Part shown: positions 17,707-27,948 of the stretch, one piece after another
Layout of the letters: every line of letters begins with the position of its first letter
Position numbering within the stretch: position 1 is the stretch's first letter
DNA from: a virus
Taxonomy: Duplodnaviria; Caudoviricetes
IMG/VR virus record: IMGVR_UViG_3300034072_001227
Location: 1 to 61,642 of that record
Strand: one strand, 5' to 3'
DNA length: 61,642 nucleotides
Translations under genes and position numbers: made by a program
The notes under the pieces: generated by a model
The model's database searches: none
Told to the model about the DNA's origin: nothing
Seen by the model: the letters and a program-made list of their open reading frames with translations, nothing else

Positions 17707-18114
17707 TTGGAAAATCCTTCGCATCGCAAGGTCTCGCGACAAGAAGTTGAAGCCGGCAAAACGCCCCGCGGGGCATGGACAAAGAAACAGCTGGCCGAAT
17801 GGGGCGTGCCCTGGCCACCGCCAAAGGGCTGGCGCGAAGCATTGGAGAGGGGCCATCCCATCCCGGAACATCGGTTCAAGACGACGTTCTACTTCCTCGA
17901 CTATGCCAGCCCCGTGGAATCCCAGACCATCGCGGTAGAAGCGATGACTGAGCAGGACGCATTGCTCCTGCTGGCCAAGCGCCACTTCCGGGCTGTTGGC
18001 GAAGACGGGATGTGCGGCGACATCGTCCACATTTCCGAAACGAAGGATTATGTGGCCGAAGCTGAGGCTGAAAGGCTGAGGATTGAAGCCCATTTCGCGA
18101 ATGGCGCCGACTGA
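17707..18114 (+). CDS. hypothetical protein
   Basis: AAGGAG SD before TTG; GAWTKKQLAEWGVPWPPPKGW motif. Confidence 0.65.
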   Translation: MENPSHRKVSRQEVEAGKTPRGAWTKKQLAEWGVPWPPPKGWREALERGHPIPEHRFKTTFYFLDYASPVESQTIAVEAMTEQDALLLLAKRHFRAVGEDGMCGDIVHISETKDYVAEAEAERLRIEAHFANGAD

Positions 18115-18737
18115 TGCCCAGCTACATCATCCGCAAGAAATCCACCGGCGAGGAAAAAGTCGTCGAAGCCCCGACGCGCGAAGCCGCTCTCGCCTCCATG
18201 ATCGAACATCTCTTCGAGGTTGCCGAGCAGACGGATCTCTTCGGCGCCAGCACGGCGATCGCCACCAGCCGGCCGCCGCTTGCCGAATATGTGCAAGGCC
18301 GGTGGAACGACATGGTGAAGCGCCACCCGCAGATCGCCGGCATCCGCAACCTCGACGCCAGCCGGCGCATGTCGATCACCACCAGGGCGAAGCCTGCGGT
18401 GACGCCGACCCGGGACGGCTATGCGGTCTGGGATGAGGTTCTGGCCGCGATCGAGGGCAGCATGTTCCTGACCGGCCGGTGCCCGCCGCGCGAAGGGAGC
18501 AGCAAGCCCTTCACCCTCACAATCGACTTCGTGTGCCGCCCGGCACAGTTTCTCAAGATCCTGGATGGAGGATATCCCAATGACCGCACTGGTGCCGAGC
18601 AGCCCGCATTCACGCATGATCCAGAAACCGGACGCCGATACTCTACAACAGAGCAAGCAGCTCGTAGCTTCGTCAATGATCGAAGGAATCGTAGCGGACA
18701 AGGAGATGTCCCGCGCGGAGGTCTTGCTCTACGTTGA
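18114..18737 (+). CDS. replication initiator-like protein (C-terminal-domain type)
   Basis: FLTG...IDFVCRPAQFLKILDGGY resembles C-termini of phage replisome organisers; near dnaB. Confidence 0.55.
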   Translation: MPSYIIRKKSTGEEKVVEAPTREAALASMIEHLFEVAEQTDLFGASTAIATSRPPLAEYVQGRWNDMVKRHPQIAGIRNLDASRRMSITTRAKPAVTPTRDGYAVWDEVLAAIEGSMFLTGRCPPREGSSKPFTLTIDFVCRPAQFLKILDGGYPNDRTGAEQPAFTHDPETGRRYSTTEQAARSFVNDRRNRSGQGDVPRGGLALR

Positions 18738-19104
18738 GAGCCGGCCGGGCCTCGCCGACGCCATCGCGATCGCGCACGCCGGGAATTACGAAGGCCTGCG
18801 CTCGGCCGAGGGCGCGGAAGAGGACGCAGCCCTTTCCGCCGCGATCTTCCACTACCTGCGCACCGGCGGCATGAACATGTCGAAGGAAGACCGCCAGGAC
18901 TATGCGGAGGCGGTGCGGAGCGAACTCATCACGATGCCTTACAACATGGTGATGGAGCAGCTGCGGCTGGCGCCGCGCAGCGTCCGGTTCCCGTCGGAGC
19001 TGCTGCCGTGGATCTTCTCCAGCATCGAAAAGCATTGGGAGGGTAGCAAGACCCGCTATAAGTCGCTCGCGGCCGTAGTGGACCTGCTCGAGGACAAGGA
19101 CTGA
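18580..19104 (+). CDS. hypothetical protein (helicase-loader position)
   Basis: GGAGGA SD; coupled to next gene. Confidence 0.6.
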   Translation: MTALVPSSPHSRMIQKPDADTLQQSKQLVASSMIEGIVADKEMSRAEVLLYVESRPGLADAIAIAHAGNYEGLRSAEGAEEDAALSAAIFHYLRTGGMNMSKEDRQDYAEAVRSELITMPYNMVMEQLRLAPRSVRFPSELLPWIFSSIEKHWEGSKTRYKSLAAVVDLLEDKD

Positions 19105-19784
19105 TGGCGAACTTCCAGCCGAACGAAAAGCGCAGGGCGGACATCAAGGCCGCCCTCAAGCGCGCCAAGCCCAAGGATGAGTCGACTATGGCCGAACTGG
19201 CGATCGTCTGGGGCACCGAGAAGCAGCGGCTGGTGACGAACAAGAAGGAAATGCCGACCTGGCCCGACAGCGTGCGCAAGGTGGGGAATGAGCTCTTCTT
19301 CCCGACCAAGGCGGCGCTCGAGGCCATGCTCGCCTATGAGACGCGCTTCGACAGCGTGATGAAGGACAGGGCCGCCCGGCGCGCGCGGATGGTTGAGGGC
19401 ACGAAGCCCAAGGCGGATACGATGACGTCCGCCCTGCCGCTGCAGGATCTCATCCAGGCCAACCGCCTGTCGGCAGAGATCGAGCAGCGCGAGGACGCCC
19501 AGCGCGCCCGCATACCCTTCGCGGAGGTGCAGCGCATCGCCGGCACCATCTTCGGCCGTCTCTCGACCTTCATCGCCGACATCGGCTCGACGATCGACCC
19601 CAACGGGCAGCTGCCGAACGAAATGCGCACCCGATTGGACGAAAGGGGGCGGGAGGCGCTATTGGAGCTCCATGCAGATATCAAGGGACTGCTGAGCAAC
19701 GATGGCGACGGAAACGCAACTCCTGGAAATGGAAGACAGGCTGGCAAGCCTGGCCGACGGAAATCACTACGCAAAAGCCGGTGA
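19104..19784 (+). CDS. putative terminase small subunit
   Basis: immediately precedes and overlaps TerL; HTH-like N-terminus plus coiled coil. Confidence 0.65.
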   Translation: MANFQPNEKRRADIKAALKRAKPKDESTMAELAIVWGTEKQRLVTNKKEMPTWPDSVRKVGNELFFPTKAALEAMLAYETRFDSVMKDRAARRARMVEGTKPKADTMTSALPLQDLIQANRLSAEIEQREDAQRARIPFAEVQRIAGTIFGRLSTFIADIGSTIDPNGQLPNEMRTRLDERGREALLELHADIKGLLSNDGDGNATPGNGRQAGKPGRRKSLRKSR

Positions 19785-21840
19785 CGCATTCCTGTCGCGA
19801 CTGGATAGCTTGCTCCCGGTCGCGGCAATCTCCACCAAGGACTTCGCCTATACGAAGCGGTGGATTCCCGGCCCGACCCGCCAGAAGATGCGGCTCAACC
19901 GGAACCTGACCCCCTATAACGACGGCATCATGGATGCCATGGATATGCCGGGCGTTCGCGTGGTGGCGGTGAAGGGAAGCGTCCGCGGCGGGAAGACGAT
20001 CGCGGCGGAAAACAAGGCCGTGAAGAACTGGACCTATGGGCCGCTGGTCAACATGCTCTGGTTAATGCAATCCAAGGATGACCTCAACGACTATGTCGAT
20101 GAGCGCGTCACATGGATGCTCGAGAACCACGACGAAGTCTCCGAAAAAATCGATTGGTCGGATAGCCGCAACGGGCGCAGCCGCATGGTGGTCGGCGGCG
20201 CCCTTGCGCTTTGGCGCGCCGCTACCCTGCAGGCCCTGCGCGGCAAGGCGGCGCCGTTCATCGTCTGCGACGAAGTCGACGCCTACAACAAGCGGGTGCG
20301 CAAGGCGCTCAAGACCCTGATCGAAGCGCGCCAGCTCGAGTTCGGCGCGAACACGCTTGCATACTTCTGCTCGCACCCTGACGCTGGCCCGACCGAGGGA
20401 ATCGACGACATCATCTCCATGGGGGTGAAGCATATGTGGTGGTGGAACTGCATGGACTGCGGCGGGTCTTCATCCCCGTCGGTCGGCGCCGACACCCGCA
20501 TGGAGTGGAACGTGTCGAAGCTGCTCGAGCAGCGGGGCGACATGGAGAAGGTGGCGCTGCTCGACATGATCGAGAAGGAAGCGCGCCTGATCTGCCCGCA
20601 CTGCGGTTCGATCATCGACAACAAGATGCGGCTCGAGATGTCGCCTGGCGGCGTCTGGCTCCAGCCGCACCAGAAGCTGCATGAGGGCGGCGAGGTGGAG
20701 GGCGACCAGCGCGTCCACCGCACCATGGGCTTCGAGATGCACGCCTTCATGACCCCCTTCGCCGACATCGGCCCGCTCGCCCGCGGCTGGTCTGAGGCGT
20801 GGATCAAGTTCGACGACACCAAGGATGACACCGACCTCAAGGAGCAGACCGTCAAGCGCCTGGGCGAGACATACCAGCCGGCCGCCGCCTCCAAGCGGAT
20901 CGACGATGAGAAGGTGGTCAAGGCGCGGCTCCAGTCGAGCTATGCGATGAAGACCGTCCCGGCCGGCGTGCTGTTCCTCACCGCGTTCGTCGACATCCAG
21001 GGCGACCGCTTCGAGGTTGTCGTGATCGGCTGGGATCTCCAAATGCGTTCGTGGCTGATCGATCGCTTCCCGATCAAGCAGTGGCCGGGCTTCGACACCA
21101 TCGACCCGTCCAACCGGATCTCCGACTATCGGATCATCGAGCATGCGGTCATCAACCAGCGCTACCTGATCGCCGGCACCGCGCAGATGGCCGAGCCCCT
21201 GTATCTCCCGATCGCGCGCACGATGGTCAACGCAGCGGGCGGCGGCTCTGGGTCGGATGGCGACACCCCGGGCGCCACCACCGCGGCGCGCAAATGGCTG
21301 GCCGAAGCGCTGTCGGAAGGCCGGTTCGATTCCTGGCAGGTCAACCTCTTCCACGGCAACGCGCACAAGAACGCCGAGCCATATGGGCGGGCGACGCCGC
21401 TCGAGTTCGATGAGAACGGCAAGCCCTATGCGATGCAGATCTACCAGCGTGCGCTCAACGTCCACAAGATCAAGTCCGTCATCGCGCTCCGCATGCAGGT
21501 CAAAGACCCCGCGGCGCCCGGCCGCATGTTCATCCCGATGGAGACCAAGCCGCGCTACGTGAAGGAAATGGTGGCGGAGAAGTTCATCAACGACGCCTGG
21601 ACGCGCACCGGCGCCAACGAAACATGGGACGGCTATGTGGCGTGCGAGGCCGCGCGCTTCTACCTCGACCCGAACCGCAAGGGCCTGTGGGATACGAAAG
21701 ACCCCACGACTGGCAAGTTCATGCGCCCGATCTGGGCAACCCCCGTCACGCGGGACGCCGTGATCGCCACCCCCGCTGCCATGGACGCAAAGAAGCAAAG
21801 CGATTATTACGAGCGCCTGGCCGCCCTCAACGGGGGGTAA
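19702..21840 (+). CDS. terL: terminase large subunit, lambda gpA family
   Basis: LTPY, GGKT, IVCDEVDAY, CxxC pairs, FVDIQGDRFE, NETWD. Confidence 0.93.
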   Translation: MATETQLLEMEDRLASLADGNHYAKAGDAFLSRLDSLLPVAAISTKDFAYTKRWIPGPTRQKMRLNRNLTPYNDGIMDAMDMPGVRVVAVKGSVRGGKTIAAENKAVKNWTYGPLVNMLWLMQSKDDLNDYVDERVTWMLENHDEVSEKIDWSDSRNGRSRMVVGGALALWRAATLQALRGKAAPFIVCDEVDAYNKRVRKALKTLIEARQLEFGANTLAYFCSHPDAGPTEGIDDIISMGVKHMWWWNCMDCGGSSSPSVGADTRMEWNVSKLLEQRGDMEKVALLDMIEKEARLICPHCGSIIDNKMRLEMSPGGVWLQPHQKLHEGGEVEGDQRVHRTMGFEMHAFMTPFADIGPLARGWSEAWIKFDDTKDDTDLKEQTVKRLGETYQPAAASKRIDDEKVVKARLQSSYAMKTVPAGVLFLTAFVDIQGDRFEVVVIGWDLQMRSWLIDRFPIKQWPGFDTIDPSNRISDYRIIEHAVINQRYLIAGTAQMAEPLYLPIARTMVNAAGGGSGSDGDTPGATTAARKWLAEALSEGRFDSWQVNLFHGNAHKNAEPYGRATPLEFDENGKPYAMQIYQRALNVHKIKSVIALRMQVKDPAAPGRMFIPMETKPRYVKEMVAEKFINDAWTRTGANETWDGYVACEAARFYLDPNRKGLWDTKDPTTGKFMRPIWATPVTRDAVIATPAAMDAKKQSDYYERLAALNGG

Positions 21841-21861
21841 ATCACAAAGGGGTTCGGCACT

Positions 21862-22101
21862 GTGTATGAGGACATGACGGACGAGGCCCTGCTTGCCGAA
21901 ATTGCGGAATACCGGACGGCCTTGAAGAAGGCCGCGCTTGGTGGGGGCATCCAGCGCGTTGCCGGCGAGCAGCGCAATGTCACCATCTTCGGCGCCGACA
22001 TCGGCCTTCTGCGCGACACCCTGCGCGCCATGGTGGCCGAAGCAATCGACCGCGGCCTGCTCAAGGGCAATGGCGGCGCAATCCTGGTGGAGATTGGTTG
22101 A
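21862..22101 (+). CDS. gpW-like head-tail joining protein
   Basis: 79 aa between TerL and portal, as in lambda gene order. Confidence 0.7.
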   Translation: MYEDMTDEALLAEIAEYRTALKKAALGGGIQRVAGEQRNVTIFGADIGLLRDTLRAMVAEAIDRGLLKGNGGAILVEIG

Positions 22102-23735
22102 TGTCTGAGCCTGTCGAGATCCTGCCGACTGGCGGTTCGTGGGGTATGGCGCCCTGGTTCTTCAAGAATATCGAGAGCTTCCCCGGGCAGCTTTGCACCA
22201 TCCCGAGCCGCGTGTCGGCCAAGGTCGAGACCGCGATCGCGCGGGTGGAAGCAATTAAGGGCGCGCGGCATATCGAGCGCACCTCCGAGCACATCGCCGG
22301 CGGCCTCGATCGCAAGGCGCACATGGTCGCCGGCTCGAAGCTGGTCTGCCGGCCCAAGATCAACTTCCCGCTGCTCGGCTTCACGAAAGAGCAGGCGCGC
22401 GAGATCAACAGCCAGTTCGCGATGTTCTTCAACGATTGGGCCTATGACCTGCGGCTGCTGCAGGACGGCGAAGGGCACTACGACTTCGGCGGCATGATGT
22501 GGATGGCCTATCGGAACCTCGCGGGACCGGACGGCGAGACGGCGGGCGTCATCCACTACGACCAGAAGCGCGCGAACAAGTATGGCACCAAGTGGGCGAC
22601 CTATGTGAGCGTGATCGATCCCGACCGGATCGAAAACCCCGACATGGACGCGGTCAACCGCGATAACCTGTTCAATGGCCGCCTGCTCGACAAGGACGGG
22701 CGCTGGATCGGTATCTACGTCCGCAAGCGTCACTCGAGCGAGGGGACGTCCGACCTGGGCGATATCAACCCGCATGTGTTCGTGCCGCGCGAGACCTCGA
22801 CCGGGCGCCCGATGGCATGGCACTGGTTCACCAAGCGCCGCGGGGCCGCCCAGCGCGGCATGACGACGCTGGTCACGGCGCTGCGCCACTCCACCATGCT
22901 GGACAAGTTCGACGACGCCCAGCTTGGCGCGGCCGTGCTCAACGCCATGTTTGCGATCTTCGCCAAGACGAACGCGGGCAGCAAGGCCTTCGCGCAGAAC
23001 GTCGCGCCGGCCGTCGACACCGGCACCGGCATGCTGCAGGCCGACATGGCGCGCCTCGCCTTCTACGAGAAGACCAAGCTGCGCTTCGGCGAGAACCGCA
23101 TCCCGGTGTTGCCCAAGGATGACGAAGTCGAGATGACCGCCGTCAACCGCGCGGCCGAAGATCCGACGGCGTTCGTGAGCCAGTTCCTGCGCAAGTTCGC
23201 CATGGCGCTGGGCATTTCCTTCGAGCAGATCAGCAACGATTTCAGCCAGGTCAACTATTCGTCAGCGCGCGCGGCGCTGCTCGAAGTCTGGCGCGGGATC
23301 AAGGTCGAGCGCGACTTCTTCTCGCGCCACGTTGCCACGCCGATCTATGCCGCGGTGATCGAAGAGGCGATCGCCAAGGGGTGGGTGAAGCTGCCAGCCG
23401 GCGCGCCCGACTTCACCCTGTTCCGCTCCGCCTATTGCTCGGTGGACTGGATCGGCCCGGGCATGGGCTGGATCGACCCGCTCAAGGAAGCGAACGCGCA
23501 CATCGCCATGGTCAACGCCAAGCTGCGCAGCCGCCGCCGCGTCATGGCCGAGGGCGATGGCGAGCTGTGGGATGAGACCTTCGAGGATATCGCCGAAGAG
23601 GACGAATATGCCGAAGAGCTCGGCATCGACACCACGCCGGTTAATCAGGGCGGCGCGCCGGGAGCGCAGTCAGGCAGTTCGGCCGAGGAAGATCCCGACG
23701 ATGCAGATGCGCGCAGCCGCGCCCAACAGGAGTAA
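22101..23735 (+). CDS. portal protein, lambda family
   Basis: DFSQVNYSSARAALLE, WIDPLKEA. Confidence 0.95.
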   Translation: MSEPVEILPTGGSWGMAPWFFKNIESFPGQLCTIPSRVSAKVETAIARVEAIKGARHIERTSEHIAGGLDRKAHMVAGSKLVCRPKINFPLLGFTKEQAREINSQFAMFFNDWAYDLRLLQDGEGHYDFGGMMWMAYRNLAGPDGETAGVIHYDQKRANKYGTKWATYVSVIDPDRIENPDMDAVNRDNLFNGRLLDKDGRWIGIYVRKRHSSEGTSDLGDINPHVFVPRETSTGRPMAWHWFTKRRGAAQRGMTTLVTALRHSTMLDKFDDAQLGAAVLNAMFAIFAKTNAGSKAFAQNVAPAVDTGTGMLQADMARLAFYEKTKLRFGENRIPVLPKDDEVEMTAVNRAAEDPTAFVSQFLRKFAMALGISFEQISNDFSQVNYSSARAALLEVWRGIKVERDFFSRHVATPIYAAVIEEAIAKGWVKLPAGAPDFTLFRSAYCSVDWIGPGMGWIDPLKEANAHIAMVNAKLRSRRRVMAEGDGELWDETFEDIAEEDEYAEELGIDTTPVNQGGAPGAQSGSSAEEDPDDADARSRAQQE

Positions 23736-23738
23736 ACC

Positions 23739-24689
23739 ATGGGACAGTTCCTCCCCTTCGTGATGCAGAACCTGCTCAACACGCCGCTCGCGATGACGCC
23801 GTCGCATGGGGATATGGTCGCGGCCGCGCTGTCTGGCCGGATCAATATCCAGGCGCTCGAGGACTCTTTCGGGCAATACCGCGATCGTTCGTCCATGATC
23901 GCATTGGCCGCCCAAGGTCGCGCCGATGCCGACCGAGAGCGTGAGCGTAAGGCCGTGCTTGGGCAGGATGATATCGAGTGGAACCATTGGGGCGAGAAGT
24001 CCTTCGTCCAAGTCGGTTCGATCGCGATCATCAAGGTCTGGGGTTCGCTCACGCGCACATGGGGCGTCGGCCCCTACAGCGGCGCGACGGGCTATGACGG
24101 CATCCTGCGCCAGCTGATTGACGCGAATGAGGACAAGACCATCAAGGCCATCTGGCTCGACATCGCCAGCGGCGGCGGGGCGATCAACGGCCTGTTCGAC
24201 CTGTGCGAAGTCATGTGGGGGATGAACGCCACCAACGGCGGGGGCAAGCCCATCTTTGCCATGGCGGCGGATCATGCCTACAGCGCAGCCTTCGCGATCG
24301 CGACCTGCGCGGATCGGATATTCTGCTCGCGCACCGGCGGCGTCGGCTCGGTCGGCTGCATCATGATGCACGCCGATGTCAGCCACGCCATGGAGGAAGC
24401 GGGGATCAAGGTGACGATCATCCGCTCGGCCGATAAGAAGGCGCGGGGCTCGGAATTTGAAGTGCTCGACGCCGACACGAAGGCCCACTGGCAGTCCCAG
24501 ATCGATGAGTGCGCGGATGTCTTCGTCGACCTTGTCGCGCGCAACTTAGGGCTTGCAAAAAAAACAGTTCTGGAAACCGAGGCCTTGGACTATATGGGCA
24601 ATCACGCCAAGGCCATCGGTTTCGTCGATGAGGTGGTGTCTGAGCCGACGGCCTGGCATCAACTCGAAACCCTCATTGAGGGGATATGA
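23739..24689 (+). CDS. S49 head maturation protease
   Basis: LDIASGGG, AYSAAFAIA, GGVGSVG. Confidence 0.92.
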   Translation: MGQFLPFVMQNLLNTPLAMTPSHGDMVAAALSGRINIQALEDSFGQYRDRSSMIALAAQGRADADRERERKAVLGQDDIEWNHWGEKSFVQVGSIAIIKVWGSLTRTWGVGPYSGATGYDGILRQLIDANEDKTIKAIWLDIASGGGAINGLFDLCEVMWGMNATNGGGKPIFAMAADHAYSAAFAIATCADRIFCSRTGGVGSVGCIMMHADVSHAMEEAGIKVTIIRSADKKARGSEFEVLDADTKAHWQSQIDECADVFVDLVARNLGLAKKTVLETEALDYMGNHAKAIGFVDEVVSEPTAWHQLETLIEGI

Positions 24690-24700
24690 AGGGACCGATC

Positions 24701-25339
24701 ATGACGCAGCGTAGCTTTGCACATCTCGTAAACATCTTGAAGGGTTCGGCTGCTGCAGCTGCTCCCGAGGCCTCGCAGGCCGCCCCGCTCCCCGTCGTGA
24801 CCCCCGCGCCCGCTCCGGCTGGCGACGCTGGTGCCGACGCTCAGCCGCAGGGCGACTTCGTGACCGTGGCCGACGCTGTCGCCGCCGCCACCGAAGCCAA
24901 GGCCGAAGGTCACAAGGCAGGCTTCGCCGCCGCCAACGCGCGCATGGGCGCCGTTCTGGGCAGCGACGCCGGCAAGGCCAATCCCGCCATGGCCGCCTTC
25001 ATGCTGACCAACACCGAGGCTTCGGCCGAAACCATCATCGGCCAGCTTGCCACCATGCCTGCCGGCGCTGCTGCTCCGGCACCCGCTGCTCCGGCCGCTC
25101 CGGCTGGCGATAGCCCTGCCGATCGCATCCAGGCCACCACGCCCGTCGTCGACCTGGGCGGCGCCGCTGCGGCGAACAACGGCGACGACGGCAAGACCGG
25201 CTCCGAAGGCAAGCCCGCTGACATCTGGGGCAGCTACCTCGGCATGGATGCCAACGGCACCGTCGCCCAGGGCGGCATCGTCGGCCACACCTACGGCGCC
25301 GCACCCAAGGGCATGGAAGGCATCGCACACGGCTGCTGA
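24701..25339 (+). CDS. putative scaffolding protein
   Basis: Ala/Pro-rich; between protease and decoration gene. Confidence 0.6.
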   Translation: MTQRSFAHLVNILKGSAAAAAPEASQAAPLPVVTPAPAPAGDAGADAQPQGDFVTVADAVAAATEAKAEGHKAGFAAANARMGAVLGSDAGKANPAMAAFMLTNTEASAETIIGQLATMPAGAAAPAPAAPAAPAGDSPADRIQATTPVVDLGGAAAANNGDDGKTGSEGKPADIWGSYLGMDANGTVAQGGIVGHTYGAAPKGMEGIAHGC

Positions 25340-25377
25340 TCGCAGCCGTTTTCGCGTTTCAACGGGAGTAGAAGATC

Positions 25378-25761
25378 ATGCCGGTTCTCAAGACTGTAAA
25401 CCCCGAGGGCATGGGCGCTGGTCGCCACATCATCAGCCAGCGCCTGCCCAACCAGAACGCCGAACAGGTTGTTCTGGCCGCAACCGCAACCGGGCTGGAC
25501 GCCGGCACCGTGCTCGGCAAGGTCACGGTCGGCGGCAAGTATGTCATCCTGGCGCCCGGCGCGTCGGATGGTAGCCAGAACGTGGCCGGCGTTCTGTTCA
25601 ATCCGGCGGAAATCAGCACCGGCGACCAGCGCGGCGTGGCTGACGTTCGTGGCCCGCTGGTCATGAACGCCAACCTGCTGGTCTGGCCGGCTGGCATCAC
25701 TGGTCCGCAGAAGACGGCCGCCCTCACGGCGCTGTCGAATCTGGGCATCCAGGCGCGTTAA
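25378..25761 (+). CDS. head decoration protein (gpD-like)
   Basis: AGTVLGKVT...GASDGSQNVAGVL...LVWP. Confidence 0.88.
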   Translation: MPVLKTVNPEGMGAGRHIISQRLPNQNAEQVVLAATATGLDAGTVLGKVTVGGKYVILAPGASDGSQNVAGVLFNPAEISTGDQRGVADVRGPLVMNANLLVWPAGITGPQKTAALTALSNLGIQAR

Positions 25762-25817
25762 TCGAGGCAATCTGAGCGGGGGCGACGGTTCGCCGACCGG
25801 ATCAAGGGAGTTTGAAA

Positions 25818-26879
25818 ATGGAACTGTCGCTGGATATCTTCAAGAACGACGCCTTCTCGGTGTCGAACTTGTATCGCGTCGTCGACAACGCAACCTACGT
25901 GCCGACCCTGCTCGGCTCCATGGGTATCTTCGAGCCGGTCGCGCTCGATACGGACAAGGTCATCCTCTACGAGGAAGACAGCACCGTCCACCTGATCCCC
26001 TCCACCGAGCGCGGCGCGCCCGACATCACGCAGACCCGTGACCAGGGCCGCATGTTCGCGCTCAAGACCCCGCGCCTGTCGAAGATCGACTCGGTGCGCG
26101 GTTCGGAGCTGCTGGGCATCGCCAACATGGCGCTGCCCGAGTCCATCCGCCTGCGCAACGCGGCTGAGCTGACCGCCAAGCGGACCTCCAAGCTCAAGGG
26201 CGACCTTGAGATGACCAAGGAGTTCCACCGCCTGGGCGCCGTGCAGGGCATCACCTATGACGCGGACGGCGTTCGGGAGATCTACAACCCGTTCACCACC
26301 TTCGGCATCGCGGCTCCGACGGTCGTGGATATCGACTTCGCTACCATCACGGACAATGAGTTCATGATGTATATCCAGTCGACCTTCTACACGCCGATGC
26401 GCGTTGCGTTGAAGGAACGCTGGACCCCGAGCACGCGCATCGTCGCCCTGGTTGGCGATCTGTTCTGGCAGAAGCTCCTGACCCACCCGGCCATCTGGGA
26501 CATCTGGAAGCTGCGCGAGCAGGGCCGGGCGATCGCCGACGGCGCCAGCCGCATGATGGCGACCAACCAGTGGGAGCAGATCACGTTCGGCGGCGTGACC
26601 TTCGTCAACTATCGCGGCACCGACGACGGCACCACCATCGCCGTTGGTTCGGACGAAGCGAAGTTCTTCCCGGTCGGCGCCCGCGACGTCTTCAAGGTCT
26701 GGTATGCGCCGGGCGAGACGCTGGTGCAGGTCCAGGAAAAGGGACGTCCTCAGTATCTGATGATCCAGCCCGACACCCGCACCGAGATCGCGGACCATGT
26801 GGACATCTACGTCCGCTCGTATGCGCTCTATGCGTGCATCTTCCCCAAGGCCCTGATGGCTGCTCGGATCGCGCCTTAA
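25818..26879 (+). CDS. major capsid protein (lambda gpE-like)
   Basis: TKEFHRLGAVQG, FGGVTFVNYRG, FFPVGA; position after decoration gene. Confidence 0.92.
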   Translation: MELSLDIFKNDAFSVSNLYRVVDNATYVPTLLGSMGIFEPVALDTDKVILYEEDSTVHLIPSTERGAPDITQTRDQGRMFALKTPRLSKIDSVRGSELLGIANMALPESIRLRNAAELTAKRTSKLKGDLEMTKEFHRLGAVQGITYDADGVREIYNPFTTFGIAAPTVVDIDFATITDNEFMMYIQSTFYTPMRVALKERWTPSTRIVALVGDLFWQKLLTHPAIWDIWKLREQGRAIADGASRMMATNQWEQITFGGVTFVNYRGTDDGTTIAVGSDEAKFFPVGARDVFKVWYAPGETLVQVQEKGRPQYLMIQPDTRTEIADHVDIYVRSYALYACIFPKALMAARIAP

Positions 26880-26925
26880 CGGCGCGGTCTGACCGCAGGC
26901 GAAGACCCCCAAGGAGAATTATATC

Positions 26926-27513
26926 ATGGGCAAGATCCGAGTTCCCGCCGCCAAGGCCGGCGTTTCCAACCGCAGCGATGGCAGCATCGTCGTCTTCAAC
27001 CCCAAGGGCTCGACCGAGGATGCCCGCGCGCCGATCATCGACGTCGCGGACCTCGCGCGCTTCCAGAAGCTGGGCTTGGTCTCCGCCGACTTCGAGGCGA
27101 CCGCCGATGATGCCGTTGCGGCGATCGTCCCCGGTTCCGCGTCGTCGCTCTGGGAAGAGATCATGGCCAAGCAGAACGCCCAGGCCGCCGAAGCCGTGGC
27201 CGACGCTCCGGCCAGCGACGCGCCCGTCACCAGCTTTGCCACCACGGCCTATGCTGGTGGGCCGCCGCAGGGTCTGGAAGCCGCCGATCCCGACGCCGCG
27301 CCTGGCGTCGAAGGTGCCGGTGCCGGCGGTTCGATCCTCGACCTGTCGATTCCCAAGCTGACCGCCGAAATCGCCACGTCGACGGACGTCGCGGTGCTGG
27401 AGGATCTGCTGGCTGCTGAGAAGGCCAAGGAAAATCCCCGCGCGGGCGCCGTCGCCGCGATCGAGGAACGTATCGAAGCCATCAAGGCCGCTGACAACTC
27501 CAACCAGAGCTGA
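26926..27513 (+). CDS. hypothetical head-associated protein
   Basis: AAGGAG SD; C-terminal LLAAEKA..NPRAGAVAAIE. Confidence 0.7.
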   Translation: MGKIRVPAAKAGVSNRSDGSIVVFNPKGSTEDARAPIIDVADLARFQKLGLVSADFEATADDAVAAIVPGSASSLWEEIMAKQNAQAAEAVADAPASDAPVTSFATTAYAGGPPQGLEAADPDAAPGVEGAGAGGSILDLSIPKLTAEIATSTDVAVLEDLLAAEKAKENPRAGAVAAIEERIEAIKAADNSNQS

Positions 27514-27551
27514 CTGGCGACCTGCCTTCCCTTGGGGGGCGTCATGACGGG

Positions 27552-27584
27552 AAGGGGTCGCGCGGGTTTCCGAGCGGCCCCTTT
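27552..27584 (+). terminator. putative terminator after the capsid genes
   Basis: AAGGGGTCGC...GCGGCCCCTTT hairpin. Confidence 0.5.
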
Positions 27585-27603
27585 CGCATAGGAGGAAGAA
27601 CCA

Positions 27604-27945
27604 GTGCCGAGCATCTTTGAGCAGAATGAGGATCTTCTCCACGACACGGTCGACGAATATCTCGGCGACACCATCGCGCTGTCCACCGACGGCGGCGTGA
27701 CCTTCACCGACATCCTCGGCTTCATCCTGATGAACGGCCAGGCGGTGACGGGCTTTAGCGAGTTGGATGCGATCAACTTCCGCCCGCGCTTCAAGGTCCG
27801 CAAGACCAACCTGCTCGACCCGAAGGTGAACTGGCGCCTGCGCTGCCCGAAATTGCTTGGCGCCGGCAACTGGCGCATGTCGGGCGAGACGATCGATGAG
27901 CAGGGGCGCTATTGGGTGCTCGACATCCAGAAGGCGAGCAACTGA
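27604..27945 (+). CDS. head-closure (gpFII-like) protein
   Basis: size and synteny; GGAGG SD. Confidence 0.6.
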   Translation: MPSIFEQNEDLLHDTVDEYLGDTIALSTDGGVTFTDILGFILMNGQAVTGFSELDAINFRPRFKVRKTNLLDPKVNWRLRCPKLLGAGNWRMSGETIDEQGRYWVLDIQKASN

Positions 27946-27948
27946 GCC

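Noticed and set aside
24554-24566. A8 run (GCA AAA AAA ACA) in the S49 protease as a frameshift fusing protease and scaffold
   Set aside because: The -1 frame stops after about 22 codons, before the scaffold gene; more likely an AT-rich internal promoter element or chance
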